A stretch of DNA of 64,000 nt, from assembly GCA_963701095.1 (NCBI GenBank), contig OY969564.1, positions 1,600,001-1,664,000 of the forward strand, read 5' to 3'. Position numbers and translations under genes: made by a program. The stretch's first letter is position 1. Each line of letters begins with the position of its first letter. Of this stretch, positions 40,744 through 52,320 are shown in pieces. The notes below the pieces were generated by a model. That model did no database searches. It was given only the letters and a program-made list of their open reading frames with translations, and was not told where the DNA came from. This stretch comes from an uncultured Methanoregulaceae archaeon (lineage in GTDB: Archaea > Halobacteriota > Methanomicrobia > Methanomicrobiales > Methanospirillaceae).

Positions 40744-41898
40744 GTTGTGTACTTCCCGTTGATTTCAACATATTTTTCGGTGAGGTCACAACCCCACGCT
40801 GTAGCTTCTTCTTTTCCCGCTCCAAGATCGAGCTCGAAGATAACCTTGTCTCCGCGCATAGCTGCCTTCAGCTTTAGTCAGGTCGGCAATAATCTCCCCG
40901 GATTTCACCAGGGGGTACTTGTTATTTCCGTCGCTAATCCAGAGCGAGACAGCGTTCGGATCGAATTTCACGCCCGCACGACCGGCAGCTGCGATGACAC
41001 GGCCCCAATTGGGATCCTCCCCGTAAACCGCTGTCTTCACCAGCGGCGATTCGATAACGACCCGGGCAACTTTTGCGGCAGCAGCCTCTTTTGTGGCGCC
41101 TCTGACGGTGACTTCGAGCAGCTTGCTTGCCCCTTCGCCATCGGCGGCAATCTGTTGCGCGAGTGATCGGCAGCACGTCTCGAGTATACCTGAGAATTCC
41201 CGGGGATTTACCTTCCCGGATTCCCCGGTTGCAATGCAAAGTGCAATGTCGTTTGTGCTCATATCGCCGTCTACAACCACCCGGTTAAATGTTCGGGTCG
41301 TAGCGAGCTTGAGCGCCTCTTTAAGGGACTTTTCATCAATCGATGCATCGGTGCAGATAAACGCAATCATGGTCCCCATATTAGGTGCGATCATGCCGCT
41401 TCCCTTAGCGATGGCCCCGATGGTGAAATCTTCACTTTCGACAAGAGCATGCTTTGGCTTGAGATCGGTAGTCATGATCGCACGGACTGTACTATCCTCG
41501 GCATCGGGTGTTGAAGTGAGGTTCAGAGCAACATCTGCACACTGGCGCCGGATAAGGGGCATGTCAAGGTACCGGCCAATAACCCCGGTGCTTGCTACCC
41601 CTACCGAATTACTGTCCACGCCAAGGGCTGAACCGGCATATTCCGTCATTGTGACAGCATCTTCGTATCCCTTCGTACCGGTATATGCATTCGCGCAGCC
41701 GCTGTTTGCGATGATCGCATCCAGTCTGCCTTTTTTTATCTGCTTTCGCATCAGTTCAATCGGTGCCGCCTTGGCAAGATTGGCAGTAAATACGCCAGCG
41801 GCCGTTCCGCTCGCCCGGATGAGGGCGAGACCGAACTTTCCTTCCTTTACACCGTTTGCGGTGACTCCTTTTACTGCACAGAGACTCTTAAAGGACAT
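40740..41898 (-). CDS. argJ: Ornithine acetyltransferase ArgJ; extra base near 40870
   Basis: [41 protein letters not shown]. Corrected tail [19 protein letters not shown]. Confidence 0.93.
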
Positions 41899-41943
41899 AT
41901 GTGTCGTTCCTCCGATAATGGCCGTTATTGATCATCAGATGTA

Positions 41944-42420
41944 TCAGGCTGGACGGGACGCACCGACCGCTTCCACGATATCGGCACGCGTAAGTATGCC
42001 AACCAGTCTCTGCCCGTCAACCACCGGGAGCCGCGCTATTCCCTCCTTTAGCATAAGCGCTGCAGCAGCTTCAATATCCATATCCCCGGTTGCTGTGACT
42101 ACACGGTGGGTCATCACTTTTTTTACCTGTGTTTCCCCGATATTGCGAAGGGCATCCTTAGTCTTTTCCCAATTGATGTATTCCCGTATCGGAATTTCGA
42201 TAATCTCAAGCGGGGACGGGAGCCAGAGATCATCTGAAAGCTTCTTCGTCTCCAATTGTGCTATTACATCGGATTCCGTTATAATGCCGGCAAGCATGTC
42301 CCCCTCCATCACCGGTAATCCACCGATATGGTGTTTTCGTAGGATTGCAACTGCATCGCGGAGGGGCGTATCAACTGTGCAGGTCAACGGATTTTTCGTC
42401 ATGGCTTCTGAAACAAGCAT
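41944..42420 (-). CDS. CBS-domain pair protein
   Basis: Two CBS repeats (GGLPVM...GIITESD; RLPVVD...GILTRAD). Confidence 0.9.
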   Translation of the reverse strand: MLVSEAMTKNPLTCTVDTPLRDAVAILRKHHIGGLPVMEGDMLAGIITESDVIAQLETKKLSDDLWLPSPLEIIEIPIREYINWEKTKDALRNIGETQVKKVMTHRVVTATGDMDIEAAAALMLKEGIARLPVVDGQRLVGILTRADIVEAVGASRPA

Positions 42421-42434
42421 GGTAGTATCACCCT

Positions 42435-43422
42435 TTAGGGCAGCATCCCTGCTGCATCAAGGCCGTCATTTTCCTTAAACCCGCACATGATGTTCATGTT
42501 CTGGATAGCCTGTCCGCTTGCCCCTTTGACAAGATTGTCGATGGCAGAAATCGCCACAACCCGGAGGCCCTCACTTTCGACCATGATATCACAAAAGTTG
42601 CTGCCCCGGACTGCCGCGAGGGTTGGCTTCTGGTACCTGTACAAAAAACTCGCCTTTATAGTAATCACGGTAAAGTTTCTCGACCTCTTTTGTGTCCATG
42701 GGTTCGTTTAAGAGGATATGGGCAGTCGTGAGAATACCGCGATTGACCGGTACGAGATGGGGCGTGAAGTAACATAACGCCGAAGAGCCAAGACCCTTCA
42801 GTTCCTGTTTCATCTCAGCAAGGTGGCGGTGACTGGTCCACTTATATGGATTGACATTGTCTCCGACATTGGGGTAATGCGTTGTTGCAGAGGGGTTATC
42901 CCCGGCTCCGCTCACACCGGTCTTTGAGTCAAAGATAATAGTATGCGCAAAACCGGCAAGCGGCGCAGCGGCTAATGTTGCCCCGGTCGGGAAACATCCG
43001 GGATTTGAAATAAATTTCGCATTCGTACATTCCTTCCTGTGCAGCTCAGGAATCCCATACGGGGCTTTGAAATAATCCGTATGCGGAACCTCGTATACTT
43101 TCTCGAATACCTCCTTCGGGAGACGGTAATCTGCACTCAGGTCTACAACCCGGATTCCCCGCGAAAGCAATTTCCCTGCGATGGTCATTGCAGCCGTGTG
43201 CGGAACCGCAAGAAAGGCAACATCCACATCTATTGCGTCGGGGGCGGGATTCTCGAACTTAAGATGTGAAAATCCCTTGAGCTGGGGATGTACTTCATCA
43301 AGCGGTGTCCCTGTGAGAGAACGTGATGTAACGCACACGACTTCCGCGGAAGAATGATGGTACAGGAGACGGACCAGCTCGCCACCGGCGTACCCGGATG
43401 CACCAACAATCGCAACTTTCAT
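42435..43422 (-). CDS. argC: N-acetyl-gamma-glutamyl-phosphate reductase; extra base near 42640
   Basis: [30 protein letters not shown]-terminal [17 protein letters not shown] in the adjacent frame. Confidence 0.93.
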
Positions 43423-43538
43423 ACCGGGATCTTTTCATTCCTGAAAACTTAACCTTTTGCGGGAATCCTTCGCAAAAAATATGCATTTGTAAAAAAATAT
43501 CAAAAAAATCAGTTTTTGCCAGGTGCTGATTTAGCATA

Positions 43539-44450
43539 TCAGTTTTCAAGTTTCCGGGTATAAATATCAAAAATCCGCTGACCGAGAATCTCAATACGCT
43601 GACGATCCTCAAGACCTGAAAGAAGATCTTCCGGGATTGCAACGGCCCCTTTCCGCGCCCCAAGATAGGCCCCACACAGAAAACCGATCGTATCGGTATT
43701 TCCTCCCACATGTGCAGCAACGGTCAGGAGATCTGAAGGGCGATCGTACCTGCTGATCAGGAAAAATGCTATGGGAAGCGTCTGGTACAAAGATACATCA
43801 TTACCTATCTTGAGAACCGCGGTTTCAGTCTCAACACCTTCCTTTTCGAGGTTGAGTGCAGTATGGATTTTACCTCCTAACAAATCATCCTCATTCTGAG
43901 CCTGCAAAAATGCCATTTTCAGAGGGTCCGGATTATCATGGATGGCGTGATACAACAACGTGACAAATGTCGAGACCGCCGCATGAGCTGCCGGGTGGGT
44001 ATGGGTTACCGAACACGCCCGCACGGCCCGTTCAATTCCTTCGTTGACGTTAGGGTAAACAAGTGCAAAAGGAAGCGTCGGGGGAAGACACCCCGCAGTT
44101 GTTGATTTCACACCGCTGGAAAGCGTCTTTCCTGAAATCATATGCTCACATGCCGCCGTTACCGAACCGTCTGGGAATCTCAGTATTTCCCGGGTATAGA
44201 GTTCCTTTAAGGCAAGACCGTATCTTTCATCGGTGTATCTGCCGTCGGCAAGCAGTGTTGCCACAAGAAGCATCATCTGTGTATCATCAGTATACTGACC
44301 GGGTGCTAGGGTGTCATTCGGATGTCCTTTGTATGCTTTACGAAAACCGTACCGCATCTTGGAAAGGCTTGGCATTGTGCTCTCGTTTGGCATGCCAAGG
44401 GCATCACCAACCGCCGCCCCAAGCATGCACCCCTTAATTCGTTCCAGCAT
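43539..44450 (-). CDS. ADP-ribosylglycohydrolase (DraG/ARH) family protein
   Basis: GAAVGDALG, GQYTDDTQM, TH.HP, GGNTDTIG..GA..GA. Confidence 0.9.
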   Translation of the reverse strand: MLERIKGCMLGAAVGDALGMPNESTMPSLSKMRYGFRKAYKGHPNDTLAPGQYTDDTQMMLLVATLLADGRYTDERYGLALKELYTREILRFPDGSVTAACEHMISGKTLSSGVKSTTAGCLPPTLPFALVYPNVNEGIERAVRACSVTHTHPAAHAAVSTFVTLLYHAIHDNPDPLKMAFLQAQNEDDLLGGKIHTALNLEKEGVETETAVLKIGNDVSLYQTLPIAFFLISRYDRPSDLLTVAAHVGGNTDTIGFLCGAYLGARKGAVAIPEDLLSGLEDRQRIEILGQRIFDIYTRKLEN

Positions 44451-44626
44451 TAATAAACTATTGAAAGACTCCGATAGATAATGATTCTTGTACTTTTCTT
44501 TTTAATTGAAGGTCTGGATGATTCCGATTGAAAAATCGGCAGTATGCAAAATTATAATATATTGTCAGGAAAATTCCGATTCGTAAACATTTATATAGAG
44601 ATTTAACATGATTAAATATGTAAAAT

Positions 44627-46542
44627 ATGGAGGGAAAAGAGTTTGTGACCAATGAATTTGATGTCAAACTCGTCGAGAACGCAAAGTACTATACCCCTGA
44701 CGCGGGGTACAAGCGTTCTTCATGGATAGGGGATTATCAGGACACCTACCGGAAGTTTCTTTCGGATCCTGATGATTTCTGGGAAAAGATTGCAAAGGAG
44801 CTTGCATGGATCCGCCCTTGGGACCAGGTCTGTGAATGGAAGTATCCCTATGCCAGGTGGTTTGTTAATGCACAGCTTAACATTACCGCCAATTGCCTCG
44901 ATCGCCATGTTGCAGGAGATCGTCGCAATAAGGTAGCCCTTATCTGGCGAGGTGAAGGAGAAAAGGAACGGGTATATTCCTACCAGCGTCTCTTGGGCGA
45001 AGTCTGCAGATTTGCAAACGGCCTTAAAAAGCTCGGCGTGAAGAAAGGAGACCGGGTCTCTATCTACATGCCGCTGGTGCCCGAACAGCTGATTGCCATG
45101 CTTGCCTGCGCCCGTATTGGGGCTGTCCACAGTGTCGTCTTTGCCGGTTTTGGCACAACGGCACTGAATCTCCGGATCAAGGAGGCAGAAGCAAAAGTAG
45201 TGATTACCGCAGATATCTCCATCCGGCGGGGAAAGGCTATCCCTTTGATCACTATCGTTCAAGAGGCTATCATCCATGCACCTTCCGTAGAACATGTCAT
45301 CATCTACCGGAGACGAAAAGAGCCACCTGTCGAGATTCGACCGGGACGGGAACACGATTTCTATGGCATTATGGATGATGTGCCAGCGGAATGCCCCCCT
45401 GAGATCATGGACGCGGAAGATCCTCTCTTTATCCTTTACACAAGTGGATCGACGGGTACCCCTAAGGGCGTCGTTCATACTTGTGGGGGGTACATGGTAG
45501 GGACCTATTATACCACAAAGATGGTCTTTGATCTCAAAGAGCGGGACATCTTCTGGTGTACCGCGGATCCGGGCTGGATTACCGGCCACTCATATATTGT
45601 GTATGGACCGCTTGCCGTTGGTGCAACCGTGTTCATCTCTGAAATTACCCCGGATTATCCGGACCGGGCTCCTGGTGGAAATTGATCCAGGAACAGCAGA
45701 TTTCGGTGTTTTACACGGCACCAACTGCGATCCGGACGTTCATGAAAGTCGGCGAGGCATGGCCCAACAAATACAACCTCAACTCCCTGCGTATTATCGG
45801 GTCCGTTGGCGAGCCGCTCAATCCCGAGGCGTTCGAGTGGTATTACAAAACGATCGGGAAAGGCAGATGCCCGGTCGTGGATACCTGGTGGCAGACGGAG
45901 ACCGGTATGCAGATGATAACTACCATGGTTGGCGAGCCGATGAGGCCGGGATTTGTGGGAAAAGCGATTCCGGGTGTCGAGGTGGATGTGACCGACAGAA
46001 ACGGCAATCCGACACCGCCGGGAAAAGGAGGATTCCTTGTCATCAAAAAGCCGTGGCCGTCCATGTTCCGCACAGTATACAAAAATGACGAACGGTACCG
46101 GAAATATTGGGAAACCATCAAAGGGGTATACTCAGCGGAAGATCTTGCCGTGAAAGGTGAGGATGGATATATTATGGTGATAGGTCGGGCCGATGACATC
46201 ATCATTGTCTCCGGCCATAACATCGGCACCGCAGAAGTGGAAAGCGCACTTGTCTCCCACCATGCAGTGGCAGAATCTGCCGTGATCGGAAAACCCGATG
46301 TGATCAAAGGGAACGCGATAAAGGCGTTTGTTATCCTCCGTGTTGGCAACACGCCAAGCGAGAAGCTTACCCAGGACCTGTTATATCACGTACGTATGAC
46401 GTTAGGTCCTATCGCAGTGCCGCATGAGATTGAGTATGTCGACAAACTGCCCAAGACCCGCAGCGGCAAAATTATGCGCCGGGTCCTGAAGGCTAAAGAG
46501 CTTGGGATGGACCCCGGGGATGTATCGACGCTTGAAGAATAA
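44627..46542 (+). CDS. acs: Acetate--CoA ligase (AMP-forming); frameshift near 45665
   Basis: [50 protein letters not shown]; one C is missing in CCG GAC CCG GGC. Confidence 0.95.
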
Positions 46543-46597
46543 AGGGTAGAATATACCGTATAAATCAAAATAGAGTTCAAACTACGGAGATGAGACT

Positions 46598-47203
46598 ATG
46601 CAAAATGAATCGTCACAACCTGCAACAAATGTGAAAAATCTGGATATAACTGCAAACCCGGCACCTCTTGGGCTGCTCGGTTTTGGCATGACCACTGTGC
46701 TCCTGAACCTGCATAATGCAGGTTTCTTTGCCTTTGGATCCATGATCCTCGCGATGGGGATCTTCTACGGAGGTCTTGCGCAAATCATCGCAGGTATCGA
46801 AGAATGGAAAAAGAACAATACCTTCGGTGCAACCGCGTTTACCTCTTATGGTGCGTTCTGGCTGACGCTCGTCGCCCTTTTGGTTCTTCCGAAGATGGGC
46901 CTTGCTGATACCCCGGATGCACCTTCGATGGCTGCGTACCTTGCAATGTGGGGGATCTTCACGCTGGTTATGTTCGTTGGAACGCTCCGGGCGAACCTTG
47001 CCCTTCAGTTGGTATTCGGGACCCTTGCAATCCTGTTTTTCCTGCTCGCAATCGGCGAAATAACCGGTAATGGTACTGTGACGGTGGTGGGAGGCTATAT
47101 CGGCATCCTCTGCGGATTCTTCGCAATCTATACCGGTCTCGCCCAGGTTCTCAATGAAATGTACAAAAAAACTGTTGCACCGCTTGGTAAAACCATACTT
47201 TAA
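46598..47203 (+). CDS. satP: Acetate uptake channel (GPR1/FUN34/YaaH, SatP family)
   Basis: [37 protein letters not shown]. Confidence 0.92.
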   Translation: MQNESSQPATNVKNLDITANPAPLGLLGFGMTTVLLNLHNAGFFAFGSMILAMGIFYGGLAQIIAGIEEWKKNNTFGATAFTSYGAFWLTLVALLVLPKMGLADTPDAPSMAAYLAMWGIFTLVMFVGTLRANLALQLVFGTLAILFFLLAIGEITGNGTVTVVGGYIGILCGFFAIYTGLAQVLNEMYKKTVAPLGKTIL

Positions 47204-47208
47204 TTTTT

Positions 47209-48309
47209 TTACGAACCTGACTGTGAGATTTTCTTGCGCTGTGCAATCCGGTAACCGGAAATAACCTGAATGGATCGCCCGAATTCATGGTCGAGTGTTG
47301 GATCGCCCGAATCGATGTACAAAAAAGGCGTTTCCCGGAGTTTGTGGGGGGTGGCGACCACTATCAGATTGTTTATGCCAACTTTCCTGACTACGGCAGC
47401 GCTGATCTGCTGGTTGCCCCGACCAAGGATAAAACCCTGTGCTCCAATAGGGCTGAGTATAATCCTTGTTTCGGGATAATGCCCGGCCACATCAAGAAGG
47501 GTTTGTTCATCTGCATCCTCCGCAACAATTTGACTGTCCATGACTGCGTCTACGCCGAGCAGCGTTTTTTTGATTCCCAGTCTTTTAGCGATTGCTTCTG
47601 TAGTAGTCCCTGCCCCGATAATGTAAAGTACACCGGGGAGCATGACTTCCTGCATGAACCGGGCGATCTCCTCTTTTGCCCGGTCCTCGTTCGCTTCTTC
47701 AAATACCTGTTTTGAAGCCTGGGTCATATGGGCACGAGCTGGCACGCGAGCAATACCAAACAGCCGGGTGTCAAGCACTCCATTCCGGTACGCATCTTCA
47801 TTTACATCCATCACCTCGGCATCCTTGAGATTAAATGGCCCGGAAACGAGCGCGGCTGCAGCTGCTGGATCAAGTGCAAATACTGCAGAATACATCTTTA
47901 CTCCTGCCGGGATTCCGAGGACAGCAACTTTCTGCTGTACAACTTCAAAGACATCCCGTGCAGTTCCATCACCACCACAGAAAAGCAGAAGATCGATACC
48001 TTCCTTGAGGAATGCAGATACTGCCTTTTTGGTATCTTCTGCCGAACTGGTCCCTGGGAGCGTGTAAACAACCTTAAAATTAGGTATCCCGGATTCCTGG
48101 AGAGCCGATGCTCCCATCTCCCCGGAACTGGTGATAAAAAGCATATTTGTGCGAAGCGAAAGGAGACGAAGAGTTATTGCCGCCCGTTCCTGTGCCCGGG
48201 GTTTTGCACCCCGGCGGCGTGCCTCATCTACGTTCCCATCAGTGCCTTTGAGGCCGACAGATCCTCCCATACCGGCAACAGGGTTGATAAGAAAACCGAT
48301 GCGAAGCAT
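47209..48309 (-). CDS. ATP-NAD kinase family protein
   Basis: INPVAGMGGSVGLKGTDG, GGDGTARD, GIPAGVKMYS, GRGNQQ. Confidence 0.88.
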   Translation of the reverse strand: MLRIGFLINPVAGMGGSVGLKGTDGNVDEARRRGAKPRAQERAAITLRLLSLRTNMLFITSSGEMGASALQESGIPNFKVVYTLPGTSSAEDTKKAVSAFLKEGIDLLLFCGGDGTARDVFEVVQQKVAVLGIPAGVKMYSAVFALDPAAAAALVSGPFNLKDAEVMDVNEDAYRNGVLDTRLFGIARVPARAHMTQASKQVFEEANEDRAKEEIARFMQEVMLPGVLYIIGAGTTTEAIAKRLGIKKTLLGVDAVMDSQIVAEDADEQTLLDVAGHYPETRIILSPIGAQGFILGRGNQQISAAVVRKVGINNLIVVATPHKLRETPFLYIDSGDPTLDHEFGRSIQVISGYRIAQRKKISQSGS

Positions 48310-48327
48310 AAAAATGGAGAGGAGAGA

Positions 48328-49683
48328 TCAAACTTTCGGGATCCGTCCTATAGCCTCTCGGATCAATTGATCCGGATACTCGTAGTCAACCAGCTCGCCG
48401 CTATAGAATGCATCGTACGCGGTCATATCAAAGTTCCCGTGACCTGAGCAGTTGAAGAGGATCGTCTTGTCCTCGCCCGATTTTTTGCAGGCCAGTGCTT
48501 CATCAATTGCACACTTCACGGCATGGGACGTCTCTGGGGCAACGATGATGCCTTCAGTGCGGGCAAAGGTCTGGGCTGCCTCGAATACCTCGCTTTGGTG
48601 GTAGGCAACTGCCCGCATCACGCCATCGTGAACGAGGCGAGAAACGATCGGTGAATCTCCGTGATAGCGAAGACCACCGGCATGCATGGATGGCGGAACG
48701 AAATCGTGGCCGAGCGTGAACATCTTGAGAAGTGGCGTGAGTCCTGCAACATCCCCGAAATCGTAGGTATACAACCCTTTTGTAAGTGTCGGACAGGATG
48801 CGGGTTCAGCGCCAATGATATCGGTGTCCTTGTGTTTTCCTTTCATTTTATCCCCGGCAAACGGGAACGAAATACCGGCAAAATTGGAACCGCCACCCAC
48901 ACATCCGATCACGACATCCGGATAATCGTCAACCATGGCGAACTGCTCCTGACACTCAAGGCCGATTACAGTCTGGTGAAGACATACATGGTTCAGCACC
49001 GAACCCAGTGCATAATTGGTATTCTCATGGGTTGCTGCATCTTCAACCGCTTCAGAAATAGTTATCCCAAGTGCCCCCGGGGTATCAGGATCCTTTTCCA
49101 ATACAGCCCGCCCTGAATTTGTCTTTGTGCTGGGGCTTGGAATACATTCTGCACCCCAGACATGCATCATGGATTTTCGGTATGGTTTCTGGGTATAACT
49201 GGAGCGGACCATGTAAATGGTGCATTCCAGATCGTAGAGCATAGTTGCAAAAGCAAGTGCTGAGCCCCACTGCCCCGCACCGGTTTCTGTGGCAATCCGT
49301 TCGATACCGGCCTTCATGTTATAGTATGCCTGGGGGACAGATGTATTGGTCTTGTGGCTCCCGGCCGGGCTGACACCTTCCCACTTGTAATAAATCTTCG
49401 CCGGAGTCTTGAGGAATTTTTCAAGCCTGTGAGCACGGTACAGGGGACTTGGTCTCCAGAGCCTGAGTACATCCCGTACATCCTCCGGGATGTCTATATA
49501 CCGGTCAGTCGTTACTTCCTGACGGATTAGCTCCATAGGGAATATCGCTTTTAGGTCATCCGGGCCGACCGGCTTGTGCGTAACGGGATGGAGTGGAGGG
49601 TCGAGAGGCGAGGGGAGATCCGCTTGAACATTGTACCATTTCTTTGGGATCTGCTCCTCATCAAGAAGGATCTTTGTCTTCAT
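48328..49683 (-). CDS. trpB2: TrpB2 (stand-alone tryptophan synthase beta-type PLP enzyme)
   Basis: [42 protein letters not shown]. Confidence 0.93.
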   Translation of the reverse strand: MKTKILLDEEQIPKKWYNVQADLPSPLDPPLHPVTHKPVGPDDLKAIFPMELIRQEVTTDRYIDIPEDVRDVLRLWRPSPLYRAHRLEKFLKTPAKIYYKWEGVSPAGSHKTNTSVPQAYYNMKAGIERIATETGAGQWGSALAFATMLYDLECTIYMVRSSYTQKPYRKSMMHVWGAECIPSPSTKTNSGRAVLEKDPDTPGALGITISEAVEDAATHENTNYALGSVLNHVCLHQTVIGLECQEQFAMVDDYPDVVIGCVGGGSNFAGISFPFAGDKMKGKHKDTDIIGAEPASCPTLTKGLYTYDFGDVAGLTPLLKMFTLGHDFVPPSMHAGGLRYHGDSPIVSRLVHDGVMRAVAYHQSEVFEAAQTFARTEGIIVAPETSHAVKCAIDEALACKKSGEDKTILFNCSGHGNFDMTAYDAFYSGELVDYEYPDQLIREAIGRIPKV

Positions 49684-49811
49684 ATCCGGATAGTTTGTTT
49701 TTGTACAAATATATACATTGTGGAACACTTTTGTTATTTGGTGCTCCCAAGTATACGTTGAATCGTGTTCAGGGCATATTACTATTACCGGCCGGGTATA
49801 TCTTTTCCTGT

Positions 49812-50670
49812 ATGGCGGGGTCAATTATTCCCATTGCATGCAGCGACGTAGATTGGAACGAGGTCTGGAAGGCACAGCAGGCACGTCACGACGCCACCCG
49901 AATAAGAGAGGACACCTCACATGATTGGGATAAAAAGGAAAACGCAGACCGGTACGCGGCAGGCTCTGATGGAGAGTTCCAGAAGCGTATTCGGATAACC
50001 CTTGAAGGGCTTTCCGTCAACAGAACAACAAGGGTGCTGGATATTGGCGCCGGGCCGGGACGCTTGCAATCCCCCTTGCATCTAAGGTAAAAGAGGTCAC
50101 TGCGATCGAGCCGGGGCAGGGATGATAGCGGCTCTCGAAGAGCGGGTAAGAAAAGAAAGGATCACCAACATTACCTGTGTCAGGAAAACGTGGGAGGACG
50201 TGGATCCTGGCCGCGACCTTTCCGGGCCCTATGATCTAGTGATTGCCTCTCTTTCTCTCACGATGCATGATATCCGGGAAGCGGTGCAAAAAATGGATCG
50301 AGTCTCGTGTGGCGAGGTCTGCCTGTACTGGTTTGTGGACCTGCCATTCTGGGAACGTATGTATGCCGACCTGATCCTGCCGCTTCATGGAACCACATAT
50401 TGTCCAGGACCAAAAGCCGACTGCCTCTGGAACGTACTGTACCAGTCCGGGATCTATGCAAATGTCGAGATGCTCCCGCTCGATAAGGAGTACCGGTTCA
50501 CCTCACGCCGTGAAATGACAGGTTTTTTCCAGAAAAGGTTTGATACAAAAACCCCGGATCAGAAAAGAATGGTCGATACCTACTTGTCGCCACTCATTCA
50601 TGCCGATGGGGACGATGTAGTTATCTCCGGTGAATCTACGTTTGCCAAGATCTGGTGGAAAAAAGTCTAA
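49812..50670 (+). CDS. Class I SAM-dependent methyltransferase; frameshifts near 50057 and 50113
   Basis: [16 protein letters not shown](TLAIPLA...VTAIEP..GM), WED, YDLVIAS, across three frame segments. Confidence 0.85.
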
Positions 50671-50696
50671 CTCCTATTAAAATGGTCTTAAATGGT

Positions 50697-52109
50697 TCAG
50701 GGAGCCGATTCACGAATCTCATGACCCCGCATCCAGGACAATGCCCCGGCAATACCGATAATGATAATCGAGGCCAAAAGAGCACCATCGATACCTTTTA
50801 TGAATGCGTCTGAGACTCCACCAACAAGATTGGTAGTGCCGATAAAAACCTCAAATGCCACATCCCGGGGTATGGATGCTGCGGATACCGTTATAGCAAT
50901 AACAAAACTTCCCAGTATCCCAATGTTCTGTACGGTCCTGAGGATCCCAGAGACACCGCCGTAAGATCCCTGCGGTGCGTTTGCCATGACCGCACTATTG
51001 TTGGATGGGAAAAACATCGCCGTCCCAAGACCGGAGACTCCTGAGGCTACCAGGACTTCCCAAAGCGGGGTGTCGACACGGAATGTAATGTAGATAAATG
51101 TCGCCAGGATAAGCATTGCCGCGCCGGAAGTAGCAAGAAACCTCGCCCCGTACCTGTCGGAGAGCCGGCCCATATAGGGTGAAAGAAAACTGCCCACCAC
51201 ATATCCCGGGGCAAGGAGAAGCGCCGCATCAAGCGGCGACAGGTCACGTATACCCTGCAGGTACATCGTGATGAGGAAAACAACCGCAAGATATCCAAGA
51301 CTCAGGAAGAATGCGGCCAGCATGGAAAACCTGAGTACCCGGTTGCGTAATGCGGCAAAATCGATGATTGGCCGTGTGGTACTCCGCTCGAAAAGCGCGA
51401 AAAGGACAAGGAGGCCAAGACCCAGGAAAAATGCGGCAATATTTGTTGCTGCAGTTCCCTGAGTGGCAAAATCAACACCGGCAAAAGAAAGCGAAGTAAG
51501 TGCTGCTCCGAGTAGTACCATGCCCACGATATCCAGCTTTGCCTGTACCCGGGGATTATCCGTAAGATACCGGATACCGACGATCGTGGCTACAATACCG
51601 ATGGGAACGTTGATGAAGAAAATATACTCCCACCCAAAATACGTCGTGATGATACCGCCAAGCACAATCCCAAGCATTGCGCCACTTGTCCAGCCAAGGG
51701 AAATATAGCCAAATGCCGTCCCCCGGACGTTGGGGGGAAATGCGTCAGCGACAATAGCCCCGCTGTTTGCCTGCATCAGCGCTCCTCCGACACCCTGGAC
51801 GACGCGGGAGACAATTAACAGGTTTATACCGGAGGAGATACCGCAGAAAAGGGATCCCACCGTAAAAATCCCAAACCCGGCATTGAACATCCGGCTCCGG
51901 CCGTAGATATCGCCTATCCTTCCGAGCTGGGTGGTGCAGACTGCAACAACCAGGAGATAGATCAGGATTACCCAAAGCGTGGAAATAAAACTCGCGTGCA
52001 GGGAATCCGAAATAGTGGGAAAGGCGAGGATAACAATCGTAGAGTCGATCGATCCCATGAGCGTGCCGAGCATAAGAATCGCAATAATGATCTTCTGCTT
52101 CGCGTCCAT
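50697..52109 (-). CDS. MFS transporter (DHA2/EmrB-like)
   Basis: IDSTIV.LAFP, GRIGDIYGR, WEYIFFINVPIG, GRLSDRYG; about 14 TM segments. Confidence 0.92.
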   Translation of the reverse strand: MDAKQKIIIAILMLGTLMGSIDSTIVILAFPTISDSLHASFISTLWVILIYLLVVAVCTTQLGRIGDIYGRSRMFNAGFGIFTVGSLFCGISSGINLLIVSRVVQGVGGALMQANSGAIVADAFPPNVRGTAFGYISLGWTSGAMLGIVLGGIITTYFGWEYIFFINVPIGIVATIVGIRYLTDNPRVQAKLDIVGMVLLGAALTSLSFAGVDFATQGTAATNIAAFFLGLGLLVLFALFERSTTRPIIDFAALRNRVLRFSMLAAFFLSLGYLAVVFLITMYLQGIRDLSPLDAALLLAPGYVVGSFLSPYMGRLSDRYGARFLATSGAAMLILATFIYITFRVDTPLWEVLVASGVSGLGTAMFFPSNNSAVMANAPQGSYGGVSGILRTVQNIGILGSFVIAITVSAASIPRDVAFEVFIGTTNLVGGVSDAFIKGIDGALLASIIIIGIAGALSWMRGHEIRESAP

Positions 52110-52320
52110 GCAAATGTCCTTTGAAAGATTATTTTGACCGGTTAATGTACCTGTCGAATTGTATAAACACCTTTTTTTCGGTAATAGTTTAACCCGAAAC
52201 TGCTCCAGGTACATAAAGAATGATGCGAAAGATAACGATAACGGGGATATTATGCCGTAAGGGATATCCGTTATTCTTTTTTTGGAAAAATCTTTTATCG
52301 GGCTTTCAATTCATAACATT

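Noticed and set aside
41093..42478. 461-aa plus-strand ORF
   Set aside because: Antisense shadow of argJ and the CBS gene; Ser/Ala-rich with no motifs.
44720..45589. 289-aa minus-strand ORF
   Set aside because: Antisense shadow of acs.
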